Positions 1-12,292 of a stretch of 64,000 nucleotides of DNA are shown here, piece after piece. Source of the stretch: Lama glama (lineage: Eukaryota); the NCBI GenBank assembly GCA_028534125.1, contig CM052817.1:98830001-98894000 (forward strand), given 5' to 3'. A program made the position numbers and the translations under genes. The notes beneath the pieces were generated by a model. It was not told the DNA's origin. It saw only the letters and a program-made list of their open reading frames with translations, and ran no database searches. Each line of letters opens with the position of its first letter. Within the stretch, counting starts at the first letter, position 1.

Positions 1-385
1 GTGTCCATACACCCGAGTATTACTCAGCTGTAGAAAGGAATGAAGTACTAACATGTGCCACAGCACAGGCGAACCTTAAACACGTGCTGAGTAAAAGAAA
101 CCAGTTGCAAAATGCTACGGATTATATGATTTGATTTATATAAAACGTCCAGGACAGACAAATCCGTAGAGACAGAAAGTGGACGATGGAACTTGGGAAT
201 GAGGAGAGGGAGGCCTGGGGTGAATGATAATGGGCCTGGGGCAGTTCTTTTTAGATGATGGAAGTGTCCTCAAATAGGTTGCGGTGATGGTTCCTGGACT
301 CTGAATACGCTAAACACCATTGAATTGTTCGCTCTAAATGAGTGAATTGCATGGTTTGTGAATTGTGTTTCCCTAAATCTGTTAA
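1..385 (+). mobile_element. Old LINE-1 3' end fragment (L1M-type)
   Basis: Contains TATTACTCAGCTGTAGAAAGGAATGAAGTACT...AACCTTAAACAC...GTAAAAGAAACCAG...GATGGAAGTGTCC...CACCATTGAATTGT, which resembles the 3' UTR of ancient mammalian L1. Truncated by the window start. Confidence 0.8.
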
Positions 386-869
386 ACAACAGAGAACCAC
401 CAGCACCCGTACTGTAGGGAACCCAGAGAGGTCCTGGTGTGGCCAAGGAGCAAGTGTGCAGAAGAAATGGCAAAGGTAGGGTTGGAGGGTCAGGCGGGGT
501 CCGTCTCGTGTGCCCTGTCAAGGAGGGAAGTCGGGGAGTGCTAGACATGGTGTGGTCACCCGGCACCTGTGGGAGACTGCAGTACCAGCACGGTCTTCAT
601 TTGTTTCCACGCTTGGAAGGAGAGGGATGACTGGAGCTACTGGACCAGTGACAGGAGCCAGGCAAGAGAAAGTGAGGGCTGAACCCAGGAGTAGGGAAAG
701 AAATACTTGAGAGCCATGTGGACGGAAAAGCGTTGGGAAGGGTTGGTGAAGAAGGGAGGAAAGGCTGGCTCCCAGGACGTCAGCGTGGAGGAAGGGGTGT
801 GTGCAATCACCAACTGAGATGAAGAGAAACGGGTTTATCAGGAAAGGTGAAAAATGTTACTCTTCTGTT

Positions 870-1222
870 ACAAACTGTCTGTCTGTGTCTTCCTAAAATG
901 TGTATGTTGGAACCCTAATCCCCAGTGCGATGGTATTAGGAGGAGGGGCCTTTGGGAGATAATTAGGGTTAGAGGAGGTCATGAGGGTGGGCCCCCCACG
1001 TGGGATTAGTGCCCTTAGAGAAGAGACAGGAGAGAACCTGCTTCCTCCCGTGTCCTCTCTGCAACCCCCTCCCCATGTGAGGAAACCAGCAAGAGGGCTC
1101 TGCCCACACCCCACACGCACTGGCACTCTGATCCCGGACTCTCAGCCTCCAGAACTGTGAGAAATAAGTCTGTTGTTTAAGCTACCAGTCTATGGTGATT
1201 TGTTAAAGCAGCGCCAACTGAT
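870..1222 (+). mobile_element. MaLR LTR (MLT1-type) solo LTR
   Basis: Contains ATGTTGGAACCCTAATCCCCAGTGCGATGGTATTAGGAGGAGGGGCCTTTGGGAG...CAGCCTCCAGAACTGTGAGAAATAAG...GTTTAAGC, typical of MLT1 LTRs. Confidence 0.85.
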
Positions 1223-1954
1223 GGAAACACTTTTTAAAAACACTGTGCCCTGAGCTGAGTTGCAGTGACGTACAGAAGCCACATCTCGCTGGACCAGAAT
1301 TGGAATGACTGGAGCAGTATCGCTGCCGTCCCACTTCCTGCATCTAGCTCTCTATATTTCTCGGGTGCTGCTTTCTAACTCTGCTGTGAGATTCACCCCC
1401 ACCCCCCGCCACCGCCAATGGAAAGCTAAATGGTGATCAGGAAGACAATGAATTACTGACATAGCTCAATCCTTCCAAGTACTAGAGCACTGATTTTTTT
1501 TTTAAAACTTCGTTATTATTGGGAGAGGAGTACTTTTAAAAAAAGAAATCTTCTCATGCATCCCATTAAAACAGGTGAAAGTGAAGCCTGTGTTCATCCA
1601 AAGCCCTGGAAGGTTGTTCTTCTTGTCACCACCAGGATGAATGGATGGCTGAGCCCCCTGGGGGTGGATCCAGGTTCTGCAGGACCTGAAACTGATACAG
1701 TATTGGGGGAGGGAGTGAAAAAAGACTATATGTTTAGGTACAGACCTTGGAAGGGCTTTGTGGCAAGTCTTCCTCTGTTCTTAATGATAACGATGGTGGT
1801 GGTAGAGATGAGTGTTAACACATATGAGCGGTTTTCATACACGAATCCTCATCACAACCTAAGGTGCACTGTGCCTGCGGCACAGAGAGGTCATGTCCAG
1901 GCTGGCATGGCTGGGGGTGGAGTCGCCGGGAGAGGGGAAGGATAGAAGAGTAAA

Positions 1955-2170
1955 GAGCACTGAACTGGGGACTGAGACCTCTATCAGCTCCAGCTTTGCC
2001 ACCAGTTAATGGGAAACCAGGAAACCATCACTAAACCTCCTGTGGATGCCCTGCACTTCACCTGTGAAACAGGAATGTTGATGTCAGCTATGAGCCCCTC
2101 ATTTTGTTGTTCTGAGATCAAGAGACAGTGTGTGAAAGTGCTTTGTAAACAGTAAGATGCTTGGAAATGT
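1955..2170 (+). mobile_element. MIR SINE relic
   Basis: GAGCACTGAACTGGG...CCAGCTTTGCCAC...CCTCCTGTGG...CACCTGTGAAACAGG...GTGAAAGTGCTTTGTAAAC resembles the MIR core. Confidence 0.6.
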
Positions 2171-2300
2171 GTGCTATGAAATAGTTCTTCATTCCAACCC
2201 AGCATTATATGGGAGGCTTGAAAATATATTCAATTTTGCTAATTTTTATTTCATTTCTAATGTTTCTAATTTATTTCTTGGACATGATTTTTTATTTTAG

Positions 2301-2403
2301 GTTACTTGTCTGCAGGACTTTTTTGGTGATGATGATGTTTTTATTGCATGTGGACCTGAAAAATTCCGTTATGCCCAAGATGACTTTGTCCTGGATCACA
2401 GTG
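2301..2403 (+). CDS. DCLK2: DCLK2 coding exon (about exon 3), end of second doublecortin domain
   Basis: ttttag|GTT...CACAGTG|gtaagg, 103 nt. Encodes [34 protein letters not shown], the DCX-family DC2 C-terminal motif. Upstream exons lie outside the window. Confidence 0.97.
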
Positions 2404-4049
2404 GTAAGGCAGTTCATTGATGGTCTTTGTCACCCTGAAATGGAGGCTTGGGGTTGTCACTTGTGCATGTTAAGTGGTCTGACGTGTTGAAGAAAGATAG
2501 CATTGACAGTACTCTTTTTGAATTAATGAAAGTAGAAAATAAAATGAAAATATTTACCTAGTTGCAAAAAAAAAAAACCTAATTCAACTAAAATAGCTTT
2601 CATTTTTTTTAAAGCAAGTTGTTTCCATCTCTTTACTGCATTGTTTTGCCTCTGAAATGGATTTTCTCCCTTCTTGCAGAATGGTGCCTGGCTCTGCCAC
2701 CTTAAGTGTATGGATAGTGTTAAACCTGAAATGGTTCATTCTGCATTTTCCATGTCTGTAAAGAGATAAAAGGCTAATAAGTTGTTAATAGTGATTATCT
2801 CAGGGTTCTTTTTACCTCATTGTTCGTTTGCAACTTTTTAAAAAACAGTTACGTGCATTGTTTATATATGCAGAAAAAATAAAATTGTTTTCATTGATGG
2901 AATAAGAAAATTCTTTTCTCTTAATTTTAGCCAAGAAAAATGGAATTTTCAAGTATTTAGCAATAACCTCAGTGATTTTAAATGTGATTGATTCTGGGAA
3001 TATCGTTTTACTCTGTTGTCTGGAGTTAATTTAAACCTATTACAGTAATCGTGATTTTTTTTTTTAGCTGATAGTAAAGTCAACTTCATCTTTAAATGAG
3101 GTAAAATCATACAGACATAACACTTCACAGAGAAGAAGGATGTTAGAGATTCATTCTCACTCTTTAATTTCATGAACAAGGAAAGCTGGCTTTTTAACAG
3201 TTAGACTGACCCTTCTAATTGTGGTAATTCTGATAGTCCAGAATTAGAGAAATATATTACCAAATAAATACAGTGATCCGGTGATCCGTAGACTTTTTAA
3301 AATTCAAGATGATACATTCTCTGGTGCCAGACTTTCATGTGTAATTCCTTCCTGTTACACTGTGTCAGTTATCTACGTGTAACTAGCCTACTTTGTGCTT
3401 GGGCCTCATGTATGTAGTCTTTTGCTTTTTCGCTGCTGCCAAATCTGAGCATTTCTGTACTGTCTTGTGCTCTACTGGACTGGCTCTGCTTTAAACCGGT
3501 AATACCATCAGGAAGTCCTTAAAGAGCTGAAGACATCATCTATGCTAATGCTCTCCCCTGTCCTCATGGGTTGACTGAAAAAACGTGCATTTACGTTATG
3601 ATCTGTATTTTACATCTTTTGAAAACTTTTAGCTTAATTTCGTTTCGTAATATTTCTTTGATGTCAGCATTAGTCATTTTGAATGTGTTCTAGGTTGTAA
3701 AGTTAACTTGGGGAACAACAGCAAAAAACATTTATTGAGCTCTTGCTGTGCGTGTTACCAGGCGTTGTACTCAGTGCTCTACATGCATGTTGTCGATTTA
3801 CCTAAGCTTTTTGAATCATTCATGGTTTTTTGTTTTTTGTTTTGGCTATGGGCAAATACTGTTGTTAGAGGTGGGTGAAAGTTACTGGTTTCTTCCCCTC
3901 TCAGTCACTAATTACTGAACCTTCTGCAAACTGGGGATAATAGTGGCTTTTTCATAAAATTTTGTCAGGATTCAATGAGCTAATATGTGATAGCAGTTGG
4001 AAGGGTGCCCATCACAAAGTATGTGCTATTGCTATTACTGTTGTTTTAA

Positions 4050-4162
4050 TTTATTTTTTGGGTGGGAGGTAATTAGGGTTACTTATTAATTTATTTTTAG
4101 AGGAGGTGCTGGACCATGTTTATGCTAAGCATGTGCTCCACTGCTAAGCTATACCCTCCCAC
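4050..4162 (-). mobile_element. Camelid tRNA-derived SINE (Vic-1-like), internally deleted
   Basis: The reverse complement reads GGGAGGGTATAGCTTAGCAGTGGAGCACATGCTTAGCATAAACATGGTCCAGCACCTCC...AATAAATTAATAAGTAACCCTAATTACCTCCCACCC-An: a tRNA A-box head plus the CCTAATTACCTCCC tail I recall from camelid SINEs. Confidence 0.75.
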
Positions 4163-5550
4163 CCTGTTTTTGTTAATGTTGTTATACCACCACCATAAGG
4201 TCATAACATTTTACAGTGAACGCAAGTCTCAGGCCTAATTCTGCTACAAGTACATTTATTAGGAGGCAAAGTTTTTTTTTTAACTCAGCTATTTAACTTG
4301 TGCTGTAATCTGAACAAGTCCCAACTCTGCCCTTTATGCTTCTGACTACATCCTACATTAAAGATCCGTTCAGAATCTACAGACTTCAGCTAATCTAGCC
4401 TTAGTCAAGGAGCGGATTTCTCCATTGAGAGCTCGATGTAGGACAGGCTCAGATTCCTAAACCTCAGGTGTAGTTCTGAAGTTCGAGTTACTGGCTCTCT
4501 GGATTTACACATCCTGCTCCTGAAAGCGTGGCAGTGCCTTTGGGAAGTTTCCAACCAGTTCGCCACACCACTCCTTTCAACAGTGCAATACTCTCCAACA
4601 CCCGTGATGCTAATTAACTAAGCTGGCTTGGCTGTGGCCCCCTCTGAGCGAGGTTTTGATTAGAGTCTTTCAAATGCTAACTAACCTCCCCTGGTGTGTA
4701 TTTTCCTGATTAGGGTGCTTCACTTGTTAGTTTATTGCCCCTGGGGCATAGATTAAAACCAACCCACATTTTCATCTTTCTGCATAAATTGAAGTATTTT
4801 GATGTGAATTACAAATAATGTGTTATCTGATTTTGTCCTTACAACAAGCCTGAGAAGCAGATTTATTCTTATCCCAGTTTCAAAGGGGTGAAGACTGAGA
4901 CTTAGACCTAACCGAGGTCCACCAATTAGCAAAGTCAAATCCTTGATTCATCCAAAATCTACGTGACTCCAAAACCAATGTTCATAATTATTCAAATTAG
5001 AAGCGATTATTTTAGCTGTGTAATTAGTTCTGGAACTCTGCATGCTAATTTATTTGGCATTTGATGGAAAGGCCAACGTTATTGTTTAAAGCTCGTTTCC
5101 TCAGTTTTTGATGCTTCATACTTTGGGCAGATGGAAAATAAGACAGTAAGGGGTTCATAAATCACAGTCCTATATATCGTTTCAAAATAAAATTATCAAA
5201 GAGTTGGCGAGAACTCTTTGTTGTAGCCTTTGCTTCTCAATGCAAAATAATAAAATAATAATTAAAAAATAAGTTGCACATGTGTAGTTAGGCTGCAGGT
5301 GTGTGTGAATCAAGCCAGGACCTTGGGATTTTAGCATTAAGAACTCCATCTAGAACAATGAAGAGATGTCACAAGATGTGAAGCCTAATTTAAGATAACC
5401 TCAGGAGTTGCTTTATGTATTAAAGTCGTGTAACAGTGATAAAAAAGATGATTAGGTAATGGTTCTAGGCAGTAAACTACTATAACATGTGATCGTCCTT
5501 TGGTTAAAATTAAATCCAGAGCGATTTAATGCACTTCCCTTCCTTTCTAG

Positions 5551-5652
5551 AATGCCGCGTCTTGAAGTCATCTTATTCTCGCTCGGCAGCTGTTAAGTAT
5601 TCTGGATCCAAGAGCCCTGGGCCTTCTCGACGCAGCAAATCACCAGCTTCAG
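5551..5652 (+). CDS. DCLK2: DCLK2 coding exon (about exon 4), Ser/Pro-rich linker
   Basis: ttctag|AATGC...GCTTCAG|gtaatt, 102 nt, phase 1-1. Encodes (E)CRVLKSSYSRSAAVKYSGSKSPGPSRRSKSPAS. Confidence 0.96.
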
Positions 5653-6562
5653 GTAATTAACAGGAGAGGAATGGATAGTCACGAGAGGGGCAGATCACTC
5701 TCCTTTAATTCTCTTTGATATAAATGAGTGGTCTTTCCCGTCCTGTATGTGGCTAGGATCCAGAACAGCATAGAGATGACGTGATTTTTTAAATCGAAAA
5801 ATTTAAGTCTGTTTCTCATAGTTATAGTAACTGTCCTAAGAAACTTGTTTTGACACATTTTCTCGAGAACAGTCTTACCTAGAGGCTTCTCCTGGTATTT
5901 CCATAAAAGTGTTTCACATTTTGACCAGTGTGAGCTGCATTTTTAATTTTGTGGTATTTGATTGTGGGTATTTTCTTCTCTTATTGGTTAAAAACATACA
6001 CATAAACCCCTAACAGAACTATATTTGCCTGATAAGTTTCCACAGGCTTTTCCTTCATCAAGCAATTTAATGGTAGCAACGATTATTGTTGGAAAGTAGT
6101 GCTACTTATGTCAGAGTCAGACTTAACCTCTAAGTTTCTTTCAGATCCTTAGCCTATAGACTTGTCATAATTTTGTTAGGTTTTTTTTTTGGCACTTTAA
6201 AAAAAATTCGAATATCCCCCAAGTCTTGATATATTGGTTCTATAAGGCTTGCTTGTGGTAATTATGAATAGCTTTGCTGATATCATTTCCCATTAAAGAA
6301 AGGACTGTGAAAAAAACCATGGTTTTACATGTGGGAAGTCTAGAACATGTGAAATACTATCAATAAAAACTGCCTCAAGCATCGGCCTCTCTTCAACTAC
6401 CGAGTTTGGGGGAGTTCCTGCGTGTCTGCTGCTTCCTCTTCAGCGCCTGCCCCACTTTCTTGAGGTCGGGTTGTTTTACCTTCTCTCTGTGTGCACGTTT
6501 AGACTCGCTGAATAACCGCTCTCCTTACTGTCTCCCCCTTTGTGTATACTGCATGTGCACAG

Positions 6563-6613
6563 TAAAGAGGGGTGGCCACTCCTCCAGTGCCTACTCTGCA
6601 GCCAGATCCCCAG
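6563..6613 (+). CDS. DCLK2: DCLK2 alternative 51-nt cassette exon
   Basis: gcacag|TAAAG...TCCCCAG|gtgagc, phase 1-1 and frame-preserving. Encodes (V)KRGGHSSSAYSAARSP, resembling the 17-aa insert I recall from the longer human DCLK2 isoform. Confidence 0.88.
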
Positions 6614-9045
6614 GTGAGCCATGATTATTATGGCTTTGTCGCTCTGCTGGGTTTTCGTTTTTTGTCTTTTGCCACATTTCTGTTTCCTTTTGCTCCATGT
6701 CCATGAATGTGTCTGGCTTGTACCAGTTACGCCTGTGCAGTGTCACGTGCTTCACACGCTCCAGCCTCCCCTGTCTGCTAGAGAGCCCGTCATCTCCGGA
6801 GGATTGCCGGGGCCCGTCTGCGTGCGCGCTCAGCACCGAGCGAGCAGGACGCATGGCGCTTCAAGGGGTCCTCTGGTTAATTTTGGAAAACAGTCTATTA
6901 TTGAAAAAGGCTCTGGGTTGTTGGCAATGTGAAAATGGCCACAGAAGCAGTTAAACTCTTCTCCCCTCCCTCCCCACCCTGGGGTTAATAAGCCCAGCAT
7001 TCTCTAAAAATATTCCCAGTGTGAATATTTTAACCAAAAGCATTGCTCTGATGTTAAGCTTATTTCAAATCATATTATGCTTTCTGTAAAGCACCTCAAA
7101 TGCTGGGAAAGCTAATATCACATGAAATTTGCATAAATACACTTAAGTGACTTTACCAAATGGCAAATGTAGACTTTTGTCAGGTTCTTAGCTTTTGTTT
7201 TAGTGATAGGTTTACAGATGCTTATCATATAAGTAAACTAACTAAATAAAAGTGGAAGAGAGTGATTCTAGGATCAGGTACTATGATTGGTCCAATTTTA
7301 TCTCTCTGAGATCTAAAGAGGGAAATTAAGACACTGAATCAAAAACATGTTTCATAGCCATACTTGTCGTGCAGACCAGCTGCTTCGTAACATAGTCTAA
7401 TAAATGCATAAATATTTTAAACTAGAACTTAGAATGCTTAGAAATTGATTTAAAAAGCATCTTAGCATTCCAGTACCTCAGATTTTCAAATGAGTCCATG
7501 TTTGGATTTGAGTTAAAAAAGTTTACCTTAAACTTTTAAGTTGCAAGATATAAATCATACTTCAGAGGTAGATGCCTTCTTTATAAGAGATTAATTCAGA
7601 AGCATGTTCAGCACATAACTGCAGTTACAGAAAACTGAGAGAGAGTTTTGTTTTAGCAAAGCCATGGTACCCAGAAGTATAGCTCATTTTTATAGACTAC
7701 TTCAGCTGAGGTATACCTGCTACTGTTTAGAACATTCCATGGGACTAACTGGAATTTCAGACAGAGCAAGTGACTTTGTAAACATCATGTACTTTTTCAA
7801 TCTTGGGACAGAAGTGCTCCCATAAGTGACGTCTTCTGGTTGACTAAATTCCTCAACGAAACTCCATTAATTGTAATAGCTAAGTGGTGTGTGATAAACA
7901 CACAGAAATTAATCTGGATAACACAAGGGGGTAAAATAGTTACCGTAATTGAGTCTTTAAAATCCTCACTTTTTTAGGTTTCTAGCTTGTGGATCTTTCA
8001 TAGTCTTCCAAGATAAAAGTGTTCAGAGCAAACAAACAAGCAAACAAGAAGCCTTCAAGTTTATTTCTTACCTTACAATGGAGGTGGGTGGTGGGTAAGA
8101 GCCTTATTTGGGAAGAGAAGATCCCGGGTGTAGTGAAGGAGTGGGGCTGCCCACTAGACACCTTCCTGTTGGTGGCACCAGGGCAAGAAGGGAGGGCACA
8201 GTGGGGCCCAGGTCCCGCTTACCCTCCCAGAGATGGGAGAAATGTGCAGATGAATGAAGGACTTCTCACTGGAGAGCGTTTTTCAGAACCTTTCAAACGC
8301 TATCAGAAACGTAGAGGGCTATACATGACTGAGTGTCTCTTTAGGATGGGAGTCACTCGAGGGTAAATGTGCGCATGTAGTTACTGATCCCAGTTAAATC
8401 CCTGGCAGTGAGCTTTCTTCAACTATGTTTAGACAGAAGGTGTGTTCTTAGAGAGATTGGCCTGGGACAGAGATTACCACTTGCAGGAACCAGTTTTTCT
8501 TCTTTAGTCCCTTTTGTATCACTGTTCAAGGAAATCTTTGATATTGAAGTGGCACCTGAACATCAGTGAAAGTTAGCAGCACTCTGTGTGTAGAAACTGG
8601 TGACCTGAACAGACTGCTGTGTGGAATGAAGGAAAAAAGGAAGCAAACTCAGTATCAGCTCTTCGCAAGCTTACTGGTTCATTGCTCATAATGATCTCTG
8701 TTTTGTGTGAATTCCCATCCCCAGTTCCCTTAAAAGGGAATTTTTAAAACAAATAGCATTAATTGAAGTGGAGCTTTATTGAAAAATAATCAGGGCTGTT
8801 GAATACTCTTCGAAGTTTCTAAGGAATTGTGCAGTTCACTTGTGTTGTACTTGCACTCTGAATACCCATTTATATCTGTCAAGAAAATCTAGATAACTGA
8901 CAATTATTTATGAATGAGTGGTTTTAGACTAGAAAAATGAAAGTTTGGTAATTTTAAAATAACTGGAGAAGTTTTTCATCTCCTGAGTTTTTACAATGAG
9001 CAGTACAATAAACAGACATGACTATCTCATCACAAACACTTTTTG

Positions 9046-9299
9046 TATACATATATTTTTATTGAAGTGTAGTCAGTTTACAATGTGTCAACTTCTGGTG
9101 TACAGCATAATGCTTTAGTCATACATACACATACATATATCTGTTTTCATATTCTTTTTCACCACAAGTTACTATACAATATTGAATATAGTTCCCTGTG
9201 GTTCCCTGTGCTATGCCGTATAAACTTGTTGTTTATTTTGTATATTAGTTAGTATCTGCAAATCTCAAACTCCCATTTTGTCCCTTCCCTCCCTCTTCC
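9046..9299 (-). mobile_element. 5'-truncated lineage-type L1 3' end with degenerate target-site duplication
   Basis: TTTTTATTGAAGTGTAGTCAGTTTACAATG...GAATATAGTTCCCTGTG...ATCTCAAACTCCC. Flanked by CACAAACACTTTTTG (9031-9045) and CACAAATACTTCTTG (9300-9314). Confidence 0.85.
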
Positions 9300-10449
9300 C
9301 ACAAATACTTCTTGATCCAGAATTCTACCTCCATTCAAGGACTGGGGCTCACTTTTTTGAGTCACCTATTCAGGACCTACATTTTGCAGTTTATACTTAC
9401 TAGCATCATTTAAAATAACAGTTGCCTGCTCCCTTGAATCAAAAATATTTTTTTAAAAGGAAATGGACTTTGCTTTTCCTTCCATAGAGATGAATGGCAG
9501 TTTTCATCTCTTTGGGGCAAAAGCATTGAAGATTAATGATAAAAGGGGTTACGAATATTCCTTAGAAGAGAAAAAAAAAATACACTGATACAAGATGTTA
9601 AGTAATAGTTTTGTGAGATTACATCAGAAGTGCATCCCGGTGATACACTTAGAAATAAGCAGGTGTCATAGTGAGACTAGCTCTACAAATAGACCCTCCC
9701 CTTGAAACAGCATTGACCATCCTCTTTCTCACATAGGCTCTAAATTGAACTTTTAAAGTATATGGAGGTTTGGAAAAGGGTGTACAAAAACCCCACCAAG
9801 ATTTGCTACAAAGTAATGGGGAAATTAAGCTGAGAAGAAAAGAAAATGGAAGGAATTAGAAATAACTAGTCTGGATTAAAAAGAAATTTGAAGATTGTCT
9901 TTTATGACCTTCAAACAAATAAGGGAGGTTTTTTACAAGGAAGATGACCAGTAACCTTCTTTTTCCATTAAGAACATACTTAGAAAATGTGTTTGAATTA
10001 CGGTGGAGTTGATTTGGGGGAGCCACAAGAACATCTTGGTCATTCAGGTTGGTGTATACCAAGACAGTGGACATTGGACATTGGGGACAAGCTTCCTAGT
10101 AAACCATTACAGATATAATGACCGCTCATTCCCTTGCTGGCAGGCAGGATACACAGACAAGTTCTCGTTCACATCTCTTAACTCCATGACGTTTTATATA
10201 TTTGCTTCTGTCACTGTTGGAAAACTGTTATTGAAAATAATTGTAGCTTCACTGCTTATTTGTCTGATCCTCTGTCTGTGATGCAGTAAGATGCATTATC
10301 TTTGCTTTTTTGCTGATTTGCCATCTGCTTGGAGCTTTCAGTGACTCGAATCTCCATTGGAGCTCTGTTGTGCGTGTGCTTAGTGTTTTCACACAACCTT
10401 GTTATTTGGGGTTTTCATAACTCTGTCTCGTTTGTTGTCTTATGATCAG

Positions 10450-10544
10450 TTAATGGAACTCCCAGCAGCCAGCTTTCCACTCCTAAGTCTACGAAATCCT
10501 CCAGTTCTTCTCCAACTAGCCCGGGAAGTTTCAGAGGATTAAAG
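10450..10544 (+). CDS. DCLK2: DCLK2 coding exon (about exon 5)
   Basis: gatcag|TTAAT...TTAAAG|gtacga, 95 nt, phase 1-0. Encodes (V)NGTPSSQLSTPKSTKSSSSSPTSPGSFRGLK. Confidence 0.96.
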
Positions 10545-12027
10545 GTACGAAACAGGGTATGTGGCATGTTCGTGTGATTTTTGTTATTTTGAGTTGCATA
10601 GTTCAGGAGTTAATCTGTTCAGGGGCTTGGGTGCAGTAACAAATCGGATGAGTTAAGGATTTGGAGGCAGGAAGACCTGGCTTTGGGTCCTGTGTCCTGT
10701 TTCATCTCGTACTTTGGGTAAACACACGTAACTCCTCTGGGCTGAAGTGTTTCCATCTCTTAAATGGGAATAAAAGATTATCATTAAGGTTGAACATAAT
10801 GTGGTTTTATACAAATAAACAACAGTTTTCCTATTATCAAAGCAGTTTACGATGGCAAAGTCTTGGAGGACACCATGATTCTTTTCTTAAAATGTCATTT
10901 AAAATCATGATTTTAATATTGTTACCATAATTTGACTTTGTGAAAATCTAAAATAGAGTGAATTCTAGCATAATAGTTATATACATAAGTAGTAACACAA
11001 GAAAAATATGTCCATTTTGGTGAAGAACTTAGAAATAAATCTTAGGTCTAGACGGCGATGGTGGTGGCCTGAAAATGTAAATAGTAACTTTAACATGATT
11101 AAACAGTTGGTTTAACAGTCGTTTTATCTCAAAGAGAAGAAGAATGATGAGCCAGGCCAGATTTACAGGATTTTAACAAGATTAATTTGATTTAATAGCT
11201 CTCAATAATTTAAATTTATAAGAGGAAATTTGCCTGATAAAATAGCAGTATGTGATTGTTCTTAAAGATTGAAAGTTTTCTTCTGTAGAAACTATCAAAC
11301 TGTCTGTGTGGTCATGTACTTTAAGAAGACTGGGAGGTACTCAGTGCCGTGATGTACACGTGTATTACCTTTCATTCCCTTGGAGTGTTTGGTTGACATC
11401 AGAAATACTTCCATTAGGAATCGACAGTTGGTTGCCTAAGCCCTTCAGATATTGTCCGAGTGGGTTTGTTTATCCCAAGGATGTTGGAGAATGTTTTTCC
11501 CAGTGAAATGGGAGGTAAAAGCCCCAGCATGCCTGGTGAATGAGGGATGAGAACCCAGCAGGCCGGCGGGGCAGTTGGTCTGAGGGTCCTCCCTGCCTGG
11601 AGGGCTCTGTCCTCCACCTGACTCCCAGATGCGTTTGTTCAGTCCTAAGACTGTGTGTCTGCCTCTAGAGTGAACTTGCATGATTTTTGTCTAAGTGCCT
11701 GACATCAGAAAGAGAAAAGAACATATCGTCTGTTTTTGTGCCTGTTTGCTTAAGTATGCTGGGACTGAGACCAGTAGTAAGTTTGGGATTTGGAGCGTAT
11801 CGCTCTCAGGAACCTCTACGTGCTGGAAACTCCTTATGCTTAGCAAAAGAACCAGGCATTTTCTGAGGTGCTAAATTGGCTTGGATCAGTTCACAATATG
11901 GTTTCCATGGAATTCTGAAACGTTAACTCCAAAAGAAAAGTTATGTCAATTAAATCAATTAAAAATCACCAATTCTTTTCAGCTTTTCTTTCCCAACTTT
12001 TCCCCAGAATAGACTGAAGGTGCTCTG

Positions 12028-12292
12028 TTTTTTTTAAAAAAATTTTAGTTGAAGTATAGTCGGTTTACAATGTTATGTCAATTTCTGGTGTATAGCATAA
12101 TGTTTCAGTCATACATGTACGTACATATATCCCTTTTCATATTCTTTTTCAGTATATGTTACTGCAAGATACTGAATGCAGCTCCCTGTGCTATGCAGTA
12201 GAAACTTGTTGTTTGTCTATTTTATATGTAGAGGTTAGTGTCTGCAAATCTTGAACTCCCAATTTGTCTCTCCCCACCTCTTTCCCCCAGTA
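12028..12292 (-). mobile_element. 5'-truncated L1 3' end, same family as 9046-9299
   Basis: GTTGAAGTATAGTCGGTTTACAATG...CTCCCTGTGCTATGCAGTAGAAAC...TTGAACTCCCAATTT. GTGCTCT flanks both sides. Confidence 0.85.
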
